A stretch of 64,000 nucleotides of DNA. Origin: Candidatus Abzuiibacterium crystallinum. Its GTDB lineage: Bacteria > Omnitrophota > Omnitrophia > Omnitrophales > Abzuiibacteriaceae. The notes under the pieces were generated by a model that did no database searches, was not told the origin of the DNA, and worked only from the letters and a program-made list of their open reading frames with translations. Every line of letters begins with the position of its first letter. Position 1 is the first letter of the stretch. The stretch covers positions 9,478 through 73,477 of the forward strand of contig PCVY01000028.1 in the NCBI GenBank assembly GCA_002787155.1, written 5' to 3'. Made by a program: the position numbers and the translations under genes. Positions 29,421 to 39,810 of this stretch are shown here, piece by piece.

Positions 29421-31109
29421 CTAAAGCTCCGTTAGGAAATCTTCTTTTCGAGATTGCGCTATCCAATCTGCAAATGCCCTCAAATCGGCTGCCTGACGCC
29501 AATCTTGCTCGTTATGGATATGAAGATGTGTTTGCACATCAGCCATTTCGCTTTTATCAAATTCAACCGAGAAAGATTTAATTGGAAGCGGTCTTTTTAA
29601 GAAAACACCAAACCCAAAGCGCTCCGCCAATTCTTGCTCTGAACTGGAAAGTCTTTTAATTTGATGAATGTTTTTAATACGGTACAAATAATCTGCTTGA
29701 TTCTCAGAATCACATGTAAAGCCTTTGCGGTCATAGCGCCCTGTCCCTGCCGTCAGCACTGGAATCCCAAAGGAAGCAGCTTCAATCCCGATGGTGCCGC
29801 GAACCGTCACACAATAATCCATGGTCTCAAACAATGAGAAGGTGTTCATCGGGTGATGGCTTGCCACGACTTTAATGTGAGAGGGTAGCCGCCCGATATG
29901 CTTTTTGATTGCAGTAACTTCAGATGGCTCTCCTTTACACCCATCACGAGCATCTTTTACCATATTCGCAGGGTGGACCTTGATTAACCAATTCACTGCT
30001 TTATTTTCAGCAGCGGCTTTCACAGTTTCAATTAACCAATCTTCATAATTGCGGAACAAATCTTCTCCCCAAAAAAAAGTACCGTCCCATAGAATATGGG
30101 AGAAAATTACCGCTATTTTTTTGTTGGGATCTAAGCTGAATTCCTGAACCATCTGCTCTTTTTTCATCATCTTTTTATTCACTTGTGTACCGACTTCGCT
30201 GTACCATTCCCCGTTCTCATAGCATGTTTTTAATTCATTCAACAACTGTTCGCTTTTTTTTGCACTCCAAGGCTCTTGTTTCATGCGCTGCCACGACTCG
30301 TTTGAAAGGGACGAATGATGTTCGTCTCGATTACTCGGATAATAACGTTTAAACATCAATGTGTTATTCTTATGCGCCACATTCCAAGTGACCGCTGGAA
30401 TGCCTTTCTCGATGCAGATATCAAAAGCTTCAGCATGCGGCGTATAGCCGCGATGCCCAAAAATAGCAATATCCGGCTTTAAGCTCTCCATTAAACCATT
30501 AAATCGTTTGGCATAAGCGATGGCGGAGGCCAAGGCATACGTTAAGTGTTTTCGCACTTTAATATCATGGATATCCAGCATGCCTACTCTGAGTTTTCTT
30601 AAAGCAGTGGATGCGGCAAATCGGCCGACACGCGCACCTAAGCATTCGACAGCCAATAGATCCTCAAAGGTTTTTAATCGATTCACCTTTTCTCCTGCCT
30701 CTTGCAATTCCTTCAGACTGGGAAAAGTATCACAATAGGATAACGAAATATTGCGATTAAGCCTTTGGTAACGATCTGCCCAGGACTCAGGCACCATCCA
30801 GACATGCGATTTAAAATTACCCAATTCAAGCCCTTTAATCAAAACCAATTCCATTTCTGTCACCGATGGCGACCCAATGTTCATGACAAGCGCTTTTCTG
30901 GCGGGCTGTTCTTTTGTGAGCTTGACGGATAAAACTTGGAAGTAATGTTGCTTGAAGTTTTGAAAACGAGCAGCTGCTTTTCGGCGTAAACGGCGTTTTG
31001 ATTCGGAAAAGTATGAAAAAAAGTCTATAAAAAAATAATAAGCGCTAGGCCACAAGCCTAACGCGATCAATAGCTTTCGGACAGAGGCTTTAATTAAGTG
31101 CGCAATCAA
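29421..31109 (-). CDS. Capsule-synthesis (KpsS/KpsC-like) domain protein, possible ulosonic acid transferase
   Basis: C-terminal IKVHP and VTVRGTIGIEAA motifs resemble KpsS-type motifs; lies downstream of neuB/neuC. Confidence 0.5.
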   Translation of the reverse strand: MIAHLIKASVRKLLIALGLWPSAYYFFIDFFSYFSESKRRLRRKAAARFQNFKQHYFQVLSVKLTKEQPARKALVMNIGSPSVTEMELVLIKGLELGNFKSHVWMVPESWADRYQRLNRNISLSYCDTFPSLKELQEAGEKVNRLKTFEDLLAVECLGARVGRFAASTALRKLRVGMLDIHDIKVRKHLTYALASAIAYAKRFNGLMESLKPDIAIFGHRGYTPHAEAFDICIEKGIPAVTWNVAHKNNTLMFKRYYPSNRDEHHSSLSNESWQRMKQEPWSAKKSEQLLNELKTCYENGEWYSEVGTQVNKKMMKKEQMVQEFSLDPNKKIAVIFSHILWDGTFFWGEDLFRNYEDWLIETVKAAAENKAVNWLIKVHPANMVKDARDGCKGEPSEVTAIKKHIGRLPSHIKVVASHHPMNTFSLFETMDYCVTVRGTIGIEAASFGIPVLTAGTGRYDRKGFTCDSENQADYLYRIKNIHQIKRLSSSEQELAERFGFGVFLKRPLPIKSFSVEFDKSEMADVQTHLHIHNEQDWRQAADLRAFADWIAQSRKEDFLTEL

Positions 31110-31145
31110 TGGCGAGTCTCACCTTTGCATCGGAATCAAGATGCT

Positions 31146-32159
31146 TTAAGTCATTTCATCAATGATGTAGGGCGATTCGGTGCTTTCCCACTTTTCAAAA
31201 ATACTAGCCGATTCTAGTATGGCGCGAACGCCCTTTTGAAGCGAAACGGTCGGTTTAAAGCCTAACAATTTTTGTGCCTTGCGGCCGGAGCAATAGCGGT
31301 GCCTGATTTCTCTGTGCGCGGTCCTGTCCGCCCCTTTAAAATTGCGGCGGTGTTTAATCGGTAGATGTGAGTTCCCAATAATCTTTCTCACCATTCCGGC
31401 AAGATCATTAATTGTGACAGGTTCACGGCTATTCCCCAAATCAATCACATGCCCATTGGCGCTGTTTTTTTGAAGCGCGGCCACTACACCCCGAGCGGTA
31501 TCACTGGCATAGCAATATGACCTTACTTGATTACCATTGCCATTAATGACCAACGGCTTGCCCCGCAGCGCATTTAAAATAAATCTTGGTAAAACAAATT
31601 GGGCGGGCTGATAAGGTCCATAAGCGTTGAAAAACCTTAAAATAACAAAATTAAAATCAGGATATTTTTGAGCGTATCCTTTGCAAAGTTCTTCACCCGC
31701 TAACTTGCTAATGGCATAAACGGATTTTCCCTGTGTCATCGCATTCTCATCGATCGGGTTTTGAAGGGGCTCTCCATAAACTTCAGAGGAAGATGCAAAA
31801 ATGAACTTTTTGATGCGATACTGAATCGCACAATCCAGTACCATTTTAGTGCCATCAATATTGACTTCTAAGCATCTTAAACGATTGACTTCGGTACGCT
31901 TAACTCCCAATAGTGCCGCTAAATGAATAACGGCATTGCAACCCTCCATGGCTTCACGAATGGTTGAATGATCCAAAATGGAACCATAAAAGATACGGAC
32001 TTTGGCCGGAATAGCAGAGCGGACTCTGGCAATTTGTTCACCCAAGTCAAGCAAATGCACCTTAAAACCCTGGGAAACAAGTTCATGGCACACCTGAAGA
32101 CCGATACAGCCGGCTCCTCCCGTTACTAAAACCCTTTTGTACCGCACCTGAGATTTCAT
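31146..32159 (-). CDS. NAD-dependent epimerase/dehydratase
   Basis: TGGAGCIG, ASSSEVYG and YAISK motifs. Confidence 0.88.
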   Translation of the reverse strand: MKSQVRYKRVLVTGGAGCIGLQVCHELVSQGFKVHLLDLGEQIARVRSAIPAKVRIFYGSILDHSTIREAMEGCNAVIHLAALLGVKRTEVNRLRCLEVNIDGTKMVLDCAIQYRIKKFIFASSSEVYGEPLQNPIDENAMTQGKSVYAISKLAGEELCKGYAQKYPDFNFVILRFFNAYGPYQPAQFVLPRFILNALRGKPLVINGNGNQVRSYCYASDTARGVVAALQKNSANGHVIDLGNSREPVTINDLAGMVRKIIGNSHLPIKHRRNFKGADRTAHREIRHRYCSGRKAQKLLGFKPTVSLQKGVRAILESASIFEKWESTESPYIIDEMT

Positions 32160-33310
32160 TAATAAGTCATCCTTTTGATTTTGAATCTCTCTAAATTAAC
32201 ACATTCTAAAATCTTCAAGATCCTTTCTGAACTATGTCCGTCACCGTAAGGATTGCGGCACTGTTTCAGCTGCTTTTGATACCGCTGATTGCCAATCACA
32301 TATTTAATTGCTTTCAAAATCACATGGCGCCTAAAATTAGGGACATGAATGACATTTGAAGCGCACATTCGATCAATTTGGCGATTACCAATATTCACTG
32401 CCGCTAATTTAAAAGAGGGCGCTTCTAAAATACTGGCGCTTGAATTGCCTAGCAAAACTTTAACGTATTTTAACAAACTTAAGAAAATAGGCCTGTCAAT
32501 ATTGCGATAAACTTTGATGTTTGAATGCTTAGCATATCGATGAATGGTTTCAATGATCTTCTGCCCGCCCGCATCTACATTCGGATAAATCACAATGGTT
32601 TCATATCCGCTTAATCGCGCGGCTGCCAATGTTTCGTTCATTTGCCGGGCAGACTTATCCATTTCATACAAGACGGGATGTTGAATAATCAATAAAACCG
32701 GTTTTGAAAAATCACATTTAAAAATCCTTTTAATCTCTTCTTTTGACAGTTTCTTGCCTTGGACCACTTCATCCAGTTGAGGGGCGCCGACATTGAAAAC
32801 ACGCCAACGCTCCTCTCCCATTTTAATCACACGGTCAGCCGAATCTTGACAAGCCGGAAAATGAATATGAGCCAATTTGGTAATCGCATGCCGTGCGGAA
32901 CCATCAATATGGCCCGATAAATCACCGGACTGAATATGGGCCACTATTTTATTCATATAACAAGCCGCAACTGCCGCACCTAACATCTCTGCTCTATCCC
33001 CACTGAGAAGTACGACATCAGGATCTAAACGATCAAAAACACGTGCCATGCCTTGTATTTCAATACCCAGCGACCTGGTCCATTCCAGTGCGGTGTCATG
33101 CCGAACTGTCATATCCACTGTTGCCGCAGGCTTAAGCCCATCTCGTTTGATTTCATTAATTGTATAACCAAACCGCTTCATTAAATGCATGCCGGTAACA
33201 ACCAATTGAAGTTCTGAACGTTTCGACTTCTTGATTAACTTCATCAAACGCTTGGAATAACCGTAAGTGGCCCTGGCTGCCGTGATGACGGCAATGCGAC
33301 GTTTTCTCAT
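32159..33310 (-). CDS. neuC: Hydrolysing NDP-HexNAc 2-epimerase (NeuC/LegG-like)
   Basis: VTGMHL, GDRAE, RHAITKLAHIHF, GNSS and NPYGDG motifs. Confidence 0.88.
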   Translation of the reverse strand: MRKRRIAVITAARATYGYSKRLMKLIKKSKRSELQLVVTGMHLMKRFGYTINEIKRDGLKPAATVDMTVRHDTALEWTRSLGIEIQGMARVFDRLDPDVVLLSGDRAEMLGAAVAACYMNKIVAHIQSGDLSGHIDGSARHAITKLAHIHFPACQDSADRVIKMGEERWRVFNVGAPQLDEVVQGKKLSKEEIKRIFKCDFSKPVLLIIQHPVLYEMDKSARQMNETLAAARLSGYETIVIYPNVDAGGQKIIETIHRYAKHSNIKVYRNIDRPIFLSLLKYVKVLLGNSSASILEAPSFKLAAVNIGNRQIDRMCASNVIHVPNFRRHVILKAIKYVIGNQRYQKQLKQCRNPYGDGHSSERILKILECVNLERFKIKRMTY

Positions 33311-33314
33311 GCTT

Positions 33315-34355
33315 CTATTTTAGTTGACTCCAGCGGATCTGAACATTTTTTGGAATGTCGACACGTGCAATTTTTCCGATGACCTTCTTGTAATCTTTCG
33401 CCGGCACCGCACCTTTGGCAGGACTTGGTCTTTTTACCCAAACCATTTCAGGTTTGATACGGGTGCCTTTCTTAATTGATTTTTCAGAAACAACACTTTC
33501 TCTTGCCCAAGCAACAATTTCTTTTTCTTCGGGGAATATTTTTCGCTCAGCCCCTAAGGCTTGAAAAACGGCGTCGGCTCCTTTCACCAATTCTGTCAAC
33601 TCATGCGGCTCGATGGAAACAGGATGATCCGGCCCTTTTTGAAGTTTATCGAGCGTGTAATGTTTTTCAATCAAGCAAACGCCCAACGCCACACCGCCTA
33701 AAGCTGTATAGATGCCTCTTGAATGATCTGAAAGTCCAACCGGCACTTTAAATAACTCTGCGTACTTCTTAATCAAGCCTAAATTAACAATATGATAGGG
33801 CGTGGGATAAGCAGACACGCAATGTGTCACAATAAGCGGTGTGCCAATTAATTGAATAAGATCAACCGTTTCTTTAATTTCATTGATGGTACACATCCCC
33901 GTCGAAACAATCATGGGTTTGCCTTTGCGGGCAATATGCTCTTGGAGCGGTAAGTTGGTCAATTCACCCGAACCTGTTTTATAAGCCGAAACACCCAATG
34001 CTTCGAGTAAATCCGCACCCTTACGGCTAAAAGGTGTGCACAAATAAAGAATGCCGAGATCTTCGCACAGTTCCTTTAGTTTTTTGTGCTCGGCAATCGA
34101 TAAGTTTGTTTTCTTTAAGGTGTCATAAAGAGGTTCTTCAAAATTAGCCGATTGAGGTGCATCTTTAAGCATTTCATTTTCAAGCACATGGATTTGAAAC
34201 TTAATGGCATCTGCACCCGAAGCATGAGCCGTGTAAACCATTCGTTTAGCCGTTTCAAAATCACCTTGGTGATTTACAGCCGCTTCGGCCACGATAAAAG
34301 GTTTGTGCCCCGGCCCAACCAATCGATTGCCTATTTTGACTGCTTTGATAGCCAC
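33315..34355 (-). CDS. neuB: N-acetylneuraminate/nonulosonate synthase with C-terminal SAF domain
   Basis: AEAAVNHQGD, KFQ, CTPF, HCVSAYP, GLSDH and IEKHYTLD motifs. Confidence 0.93.
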   Translation of the reverse strand: MAIKAVKIGNRLVGPGHKPFIVAEAAVNHQGDFETAKRMVYTAHASGADAIKFQIHVLENEMLKDAPQSANFEEPLYDTLKKTNLSIAEHKKLKELCEDLGILYLCTPFSRKGADLLEALGVSAYKTGSGELTNLPLQEHIARKGKPMIVSTGMCTINEIKETVDLIQLIGTPLIVTHCVSAYPTPYHIVNLGLIKKYAELFKVPVGLSDHSRGIYTALGGVALGVCLIEKHYTLDKLQKGPDHPVSIEPHELTELVKGADAVFQALGAERKIFPEEKEIVAWARESVVSEKSIKKGTRIKPEMVWVKRPSPAKGAVPAKDYKKVIGKIARVDIPKNVQIRWSQLK

Positions 34356-34409
34356 AAATCTCTCCTCTATAAGGTTAACACATTATTTTGTACCAAAAGT
34401 CCTTTGTTT

Positions 34410-35543
34410 TCAATGACTTATCGGCTCTTTTCCAAACCTCCTAAATCCTGCCTCCCAAATCATACAGCCCACATGCCGCCAACTTCTAGGTTCTGCGGCA
34501 ACTAGAAATAAAGATTTCCACGCCGCCCTAAAAAAGGAAAAACGCACACAGTAAAGAAAAAATTGTGCGATTGCCTTATACCGATGCGGCTCATCTTCAC
34601 CTATGACATAACCGAGGCCCCGCTGAAGGCATCGCATCGCTTCGTTTTTCATGCTTAACTTACGGAAACATTTCGCAATTGAAATACAATAAAGATACTT
34701 ATTCGCCATCATGGGATCATAGCTAATGCGCACCATTCCCTGATTAAGTTTTTCGTCGGCTTTTCTTCTTTCGTTATTCTTAATGTTTTGTATCGCTTTC
34801 TCAATCAAAGCATCAACCGATTCTGTAAAGTTTGGCAACGATTGTTTAGAATTTGGCGGAAACTGAAAGAAAATAGAATTGGTTCTATAATGACGCCGAA
34901 CCGGTAAATGAGAACGCACCCTATCTTTTTCTAAAACTATTTCAACTTTGCTGAGCATATTGATTGGCACTTGATTAGCTTCTATCCAATTCCAGACATG
35001 GCGAGCCTCCGGCGTATGTGCCAAGCGATCATGAAAAGCGATGTCTTGCATAAAAATAGCTCCGCTAATTCGCGGAAAAACGTTTTCGATATACCATTTG
35101 GCAAACCATGCTTCATGACAGCTATCTATGAGTAAAAAATCTGCCGTGCTTGGCGCAGATTGGATCGTTTCAACCACGTCGCCCAAATGAACAACGAGTC
35201 TGTTTGTGTCCCAATGGACATTTTGATTATTTCGAATGACAGATTCCGTATCCTGCCCATTTGTTTTGCGTAACAATTCAAACGAATGAACAACCCCTTT
35301 TTGATTTCTTGTTAAAGCTCCTAAAATATAATTGGTAGACCATCCGGCTGCCGGTGAAATTTCAAAAACAATTTCGGGTTTCAATTCTCTAATAGCAAGA
35401 TAAAGCATTTCACCCTCTGTATCGCCAAAAGCAGGCTTAAACCGCTGTTTTGCCATTTTAAAATAAATGTCTCTCAGCTCATCGGCTAACTCATATAGCT
35501 CATCCTGATATTTTGAATATAAAGCCAAGAAATCGATCATCAT
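34410..35543 (-). CDS. Class I SAM methyltransferase (Methyltransf_24-like) with helical C-terminus
   Basis: VFEISPAAGWST, LLIDSCH and QD motifs. Start moved to ATG 35543 (ATGA overlap with the upstream stop). Confidence 0.7.
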   Translation of the reverse strand: MMIDFLALYSKYQDELYELADELRDIYFKMAKQRFKPAFGDTEGEMLYLAIRELKPEIVFEISPAAGWSTNYILGALTRNQKGVVHSFELLRKTNGQDTESVIRNNQNVHWDTNRLVVHLGDVVETIQSAPSTADFLLIDSCHEAWFAKWYIENVFPRISGAIFMQDIAFHDRLAHTPEARHVWNWIEANQVPINMLSKVEIVLEKDRVRSHLPVRRHYRTNSIFFQFPPNSKQSLPNFTESVDALIEKAIQNIKNNERRKADEKLNQGMVRISYDPMMANKYLYCISIAKCFRKLSMKNEAMRCLQRGLGYVIGEDEPHRYKAIAQFFLYCVRFSFFRAAWKSLFLVAAEPRSWRHVGCMIWEAGFRRFGKEPISH

Positions 35544-36607
35544 TTTATCGGTAAACCAGCCAACCTCAATTGAATTAGACGAATGAAGAAAATAACTTTT
35601 CTGTACCAAGGCATATTCCGTGCGGTCAGAACACTTGCCAATACTTTGCACAGGTTCATCGGGTTTTTCTTCGCTTCAAAAGACAATGGCCAGCCAAAAG
35701 AATTAAATACGCGCCTGCCAATGCAGCTTTCGATTTGCCTGACATCTTTTTCTGAAAGCTTATCTTTCCAATAAGCAACGCCTTGTGAGGAAACCTGCTC
35801 AAACTGAAAACCGTGCATTGAGTTCCCTTGCCATGGGATGCCTGCTCTGGTCGGCTGAAGTAAGATATTATCCCATGAACTATTAAATGTTTTGACTAAC
35901 ATTTGCATCATTTGCTTAGGGTCGGCAGTTAGCATTTCATAGGTCATAAAAATAAATCGATTCTTACTTGACCCATGAAATCTTTTCTGGCAAGTCACGG
36001 CACACAGCAAGCTTCCGCTCCAATCTGAAAGAAAAGTATGAATGTTAAAATCAGGATCTATTCTCTTGGTTAAAGTTTTTGAGTATGAGTAGAAATTCGC
36101 ACGGGGATCTCTTAGAATATAAACAAATTGCGCTTTCGGAAATAATTTTAGCATCTTATCGATGTACAACTCGTTTAAAGGAGTTTTCTCGACCCAATAA
36201 CGAAATGATTGATTCACTTGACCGGAAACATCTCGATAAGCCAAAAGAAGCGCTTTGAGTAAACCAGCCTCAGAGTAACCGTCTATTTTCCAATAGTTTT
36301 CGAGCGCTTGCTTATATTGATCAAATTGGATCTGCGGATAGTCTACCAAACCAATGTCAGTCGTTTCAGAGGCGCCGATTCTAAAATGTTTGACGCCTGT
36401 GTCTTGGTAAATAGATTCTAAAATCTTTTCCCGTTTGACACCTTTTCTTATCATCGGAAGTAGATCGCCAAAAAAACGCGTTTCTTCCGGCATGACTAAA
36501 AAGTCGGGATGAGAATCCAAGAGGGACAATGTTAACGTTGTCCCCGATTTGGGAAAACCGCAAATAAAAATAGGCGTTAACTGATCAAATGTTTTAAGGG
36601 AATCCAC
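35540..36607 (-). CDS. Sulfotransferase
   Basis: PAPS-binding loop GFPKSGTT plus WVEKTP, RDPR..S and YE motifs. Confidence 0.88.
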   Translation of the reverse strand: MDSLKTFDQLTPIFICGFPKSGTTLTLSLLDSHPDFLVMPEETRFFGDLLPMIRKGVKREKILESIYQDTGVKHFRIGASETTDIGLVDYPQIQFDQYKQALENYWKIDGYSEAGLLKALLLAYRDVSGQVNQSFRYWVEKTPLNELYIDKMLKLFPKAQFVYILRDPRANFYSYSKTLTKRIDPDFNIHTFLSDWSGSLLCAVTCQKRFHGSSKNRFIFMTYEMLTADPKQMMQMLVKTFNSSWDNILLQPTRAGIPWQGNSMHGFQFEQVSSQGVAYWKDKLSEKDVRQIESCIGRRVFNSFGWPLSFEAKKNPMNLCKVLASVLTARNMPWYRKVIFFIRLIQLRLAGLPIK

Positions 36608-36612
36608 GGTAT

Positions 36613-37524
36613 TTATTGATTGTTTCCTTGTAAAACAGCAAAACGAACCTGGTCATTCGGCAATCGATCTAATGCTACTTCTTTTTGCCATTGAAAGTCT
36701 CGGGGATACCAGGGATGGCCTGATGTATAGAGAAACATGAGTAAGTATCGATCACTTTTTGTCGGTTTCAAACCTTTGTGATACCCAGAAGTGTCTGCAA
36801 TCACGATTGAATGTTTTTCCCCTGCACAAATTCGCCACTGACTTTCCGGCGCCACTGCAATCATTTTCTCATCTCGAATTCGACCATCTTTTTCTGCCTG
36901 CGCTTGTTTAGCAATACTGCCGCGCGCATGGGTTTTTGGGACGTAACAAAAAGGTCCATTTTCTTTTGTAACGTCATTAAGATAAATAAACACCTTAACA
37001 TTCATCACGTCGATATAATCACGATGCCAATATTGCGTCTCCGCTTCAGCCTGTTGGGTCGGAAAATCATGCCATATGTCAATCGCTCTTAAAAACCCCC
37101 ACATGCCTAAGTAGTCACCCACCATTTGAAGCAGCTCCGGTTGAAGCGCCAATTGAATCGCCGGATGTTCAAAACTTAGCATCTTTGACAAAAACATTTC
37201 TCGATATGCTTTTTCTCCTTTTGTTTGATAAGCGTTCTTTTGAAACGAAGCGACGCTCCTTTTCTGTTCGAGTTCATTCTCTATTTGCTCGAGCAAATGT
37301 TTGCTATGTGACGAGAAAAAATGGTTAACATGCGTACCAACAATACCTTCTTTTCTCAACTCTTGTGAAACCAGTGATAAAGCTGGGCGTTTGCTGGCGC
37401 GGGCATAGGATTGAACGCGTTGGCTGTTAAAACCATGCGACCACACGAAATACGAAATAGGCCGTAGCGCTGGAAAACGTATGATCCCCTGTGCGAAAGC
37501 ATGATATTGAGCAGGAATTGACAT
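36613..37524 (-). CDS. PhyH-like Fe(II)/2OG dioxygenase
   Basis: WHRD, KVFIYLNDV..ENGP, DTSGYHKG and R motifs. Confidence 0.78.
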   Translation of the reverse strand: MSIPAQYHAFAQGIIRFPALRPISYFVWSHGFNSQRVQSYARASKRPALSLVSQELRKEGIVGTHVNHFFSSHSKHLLEQIENELEQKRSVASFQKNAYQTKGEKAYREMFLSKMLSFEHPAIQLALQPELLQMVGDYLGMWGFLRAIDIWHDFPTQQAEAETQYWHRDYIDVMNVKVFIYLNDVTKENGPFCYVPKTHARGSIAKQAQAEKDGRIRDEKMIAVAPESQWRICAGEKHSIVIADTSGYHKGLKPTKSDRYLLMFLYTSGHPWYPRDFQWQKEVALDRLPNDQVRFAVLQGNNQ

Positions 37525-37543
37525 TTTAATGATCTTTCATAAA

Positions 37544-38491
37544 TTAAATCGGATATTTATAATCTTGTAAATCAAATTGAACGAGTTTCTGCAAATGCTG
37601 ATTACTTTCTTGGTAGTATGCTTTAAGACGCGTCCGCCATTCCGCAGACAAGATAGGCCGCCGTATCCCCATTAACTTTTCCAATCTGGCAATCCCATAA
37701 AACCATGCATAGGGGTTAAAAAACAGCGGCAAAAGTTTCGAACGATCCACAGGTCGTTTCAAAAAACCAGCCGGTTGAAACTCGGTTTTTGAAAAAAAAT
37801 TAAGCCATCGCACATACCGGCAAAAAAGCGGATCGTATCCCCGTCGCACATAAATTTTCATTTTGTCCGTTATTGTGATTGCGGGAACGCTTATCAATTG
37901 ACATATCTGATTACAAAATACTTGGATATTCCTAACCATCAGTTCATAAGGCAGTACTAAGACACGGCTCGCTCCAAAGCGATCTATGTAATATTGAACA
38001 AGTTGGTGATACCGCAAATGATCCAGTCTGAAATCACAATGTAATGTTTTTTGGCCCACAAAATCATTAAAGCGGCATGTCCCGCCGTTGAGGAGGTATT
38101 GCTTGTAAATTGACTCAACCATGTGAACTTGCTCACGCACTAAAATTAAAATCTTGGCTTGATGCAAAACCGCAGAGATACGATCCGCATTTCGCTTGGC
38201 ATCACTCGACCCTTTCCAAGGATTCCCGACCAATCCTTCACTGGAAAGTACAATGGTTTTTGGAGAATCTGATTTTTTAATGTTTGTATTGAAAATTGCT
38301 TGCCACTTGGCCGGTGCAAATTCAAAATCGTTCTCTGTAAAAACCGACTTGAGAAAATCATGAACCCATGGGACAGCGTCTGTGTAACGTTTTCCTAAAA
38401 AAAGGATATCGGGAAGTTGGGGGAAGAATATCTTTTGCAGCCAAGTAGAACCGGCTTTTTGATACCCGATGTGAATCATAAAGTCTGTCAT
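37544..38491 (-). CDS. Sulfotransferase-family protein
   Basis: HIGYQKAGSTWLQ, SSE, REQ....S.Y and PYE motifs. Confidence 0.8.
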   Translation of the reverse strand: MTDFMIHIGYQKAGSTWLQKIFFPQLPDILFLGKRYTDAVPWVHDFLKSVFTENDFEFAPAKWQAIFNTNIKKSDSPKTIVLSSEGLVGNPWKGSSDAKRNADRISAVLHQAKILILVREQVHMVESIYKQYLLNGGTCRFNDFVGQKTLHCDFRLDHLRYHQLVQYYIDRFGASRVLVLPYELMVRNIQVFCNQICQLISVPAITITDKMKIYVRRGYDPLFCRYVRWLNFFSKTEFQPAGFLKRPVDRSKLLPLFFNPYAWFYGIARLEKLMGIRRPILSAEWRTRLKAYYQESNQHLQKLVQFDLQDYKYPI

Positions 38492-38511
38492 GACAACAAA
38501 CCTTTCCTATA

Positions 38512-39807
38512 TCATTGAATGACTTGCGAAAAGTCTTGGCCGGAAGGCAATACTAATTTGAATGTTTGTGACACAATGACATGTCCATGTTTGGGTGCTG
38601 GAAAACTGCTGTAACCGGTTTCCCCGCTATCGACCACTTCAAAAAATCCCGCTCGGTCAATCATATCGGTTATTCCGTGATCATCTTTGAACGCTAAATT
38701 CATCCAATACTTTCCGGGAATTAACGGCAGGCGTTTCACAAGACAAACGATCTTACCTCTTGGCGGTGCATCCAAAAATCCGTTTTTCTCCAAATAGTGC
38801 GTCCCGCATGAGAAAATCACTGATCCATTTGTATCAACTATATTCAATACCAGCCTTAACCTAAACAAAGATTGTTTGGATGAGGAATCATACGAAATCT
38901 CAAAATGCGTGTCGGTGCCACTTTGAGGCGGCGCCTGTGGGTCACCTGCCTTCGAAACCTTTATATCAACTGCCCGAACCGCCCCACTGCCGCTTCGATC
39001 GTGACGGTCTTTTAGGGACACTGATGTACTTTTGACTTGAGAATCATCCTTCTGCAAATATTGTTGAATCACATTTTCTGGCAAACCGATTGTTTTAATT
39101 CTGCCCTGTTCTAAATGAACGGCGCTGGTGCAAAGATTTCTGATTGCGCTCATGTTATGGCTGACAAATAAAACGGTTCGGCCGCTGTGAGCTACTGCGC
39201 TTACCTTATCGATACACTTCTTTTGAAATGCAAAGTCGCCAACCGCGAGCACTTCATCAACGAGCAATATCTCCGGATGTAAATGAGCCGCCACTGAAAA
39301 AGCTAACCGGACATACATGCCGCTCGAGAAACGTTTAACCGGCGTATCGATAAATTTTTCAACGCCTGAAAAATCAACAATGGCGTCAAATTGCCTGTCA
39401 ATCTCTGATTTTCTCATGCCGATAATCGCCCCATTTAAGTAAACGTTCTCGCGGCCCGTCAGTTCCGGATGGAACCCGACGCCCACCTCCAAAAGCGACC
39501 CCACTCTGCCTTGGATTTCAGCATGTCCTTCCGTTGGTTCGGTCACACGGGAAAGTATCTTGAGTAACGTAGACTTGCCGGCACCGTTAGAGCCGACAAT
39601 CCCTAATATTTCACCTTTTTTAATTTCTAATGAAATATCCTTAACAGCCCAAACCTCATTGGAACTGGCAGCGGTCATCTTACTCTTCGGACGGAACGGT
39701 ACTCTTAATGTGCCGGCTATAATATCTCGAAGCGCATAATAAGGTTCGCGGGCCCCGATACAATACCGTTTGCCAACACCAGTGATTTTAATTGCAACGT
39801 CACTCAT
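38512..39807 (-). CDS. wzt: Polysaccharide ABC transporter ATPase with C-terminal Wzt_C carbohydrate-binding domain
   Basis: Walker A GSNGAGKST, signature FSSGM, LLVDEVLAVGD and VSH, plus a C-terminal beta domain (LPLIPGKY). Confidence 0.93.
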   Translation of the reverse strand: MSDVAIKITGVGKRYCIGAREPYYALRDIIAGTLRVPFRPKSKMTAASSNEVWAVKDISLEIKKGEILGIVGSNGAGKSTLLKILSRVTEPTEGHAEIQGRVGSLLEVGVGFHPELTGRENVYLNGAIIGMRKSEIDRQFDAIVDFSGVEKFIDTPVKRFSSGMYVRLAFSVAAHLHPEILLVDEVLAVGDFAFQKKCIDKVSAVAHSGRTVLFVSHNMSAIRNLCTSAVHLEQGRIKTIGLPENVIQQYLQKDDSQVKSTSVSLKDRHDRSGSGAVRAVDIKVSKAGDPQAPPQSGTDTHFEISYDSSSKQSLFRLRLVLNIVDTNGSVIFSCGTHYLEKNGFLDAPPRGKIVCLVKRLPLIPGKYWMNLAFKDDHGITDMIDRAGFFEVVDSGETGYSSFPAPKHGHVIVSQTFKLVLPSGQDFSQVIQ

Positions 39808-39810
39808 ATC

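Noticed and set aside
35544-35651. N-terminal extension of the 413-aa ORF given in the track
   Set aside because: It overlaps the sulfotransferase by more than 100 bp; ATG 35543 with ATGA coupling is more plausible.
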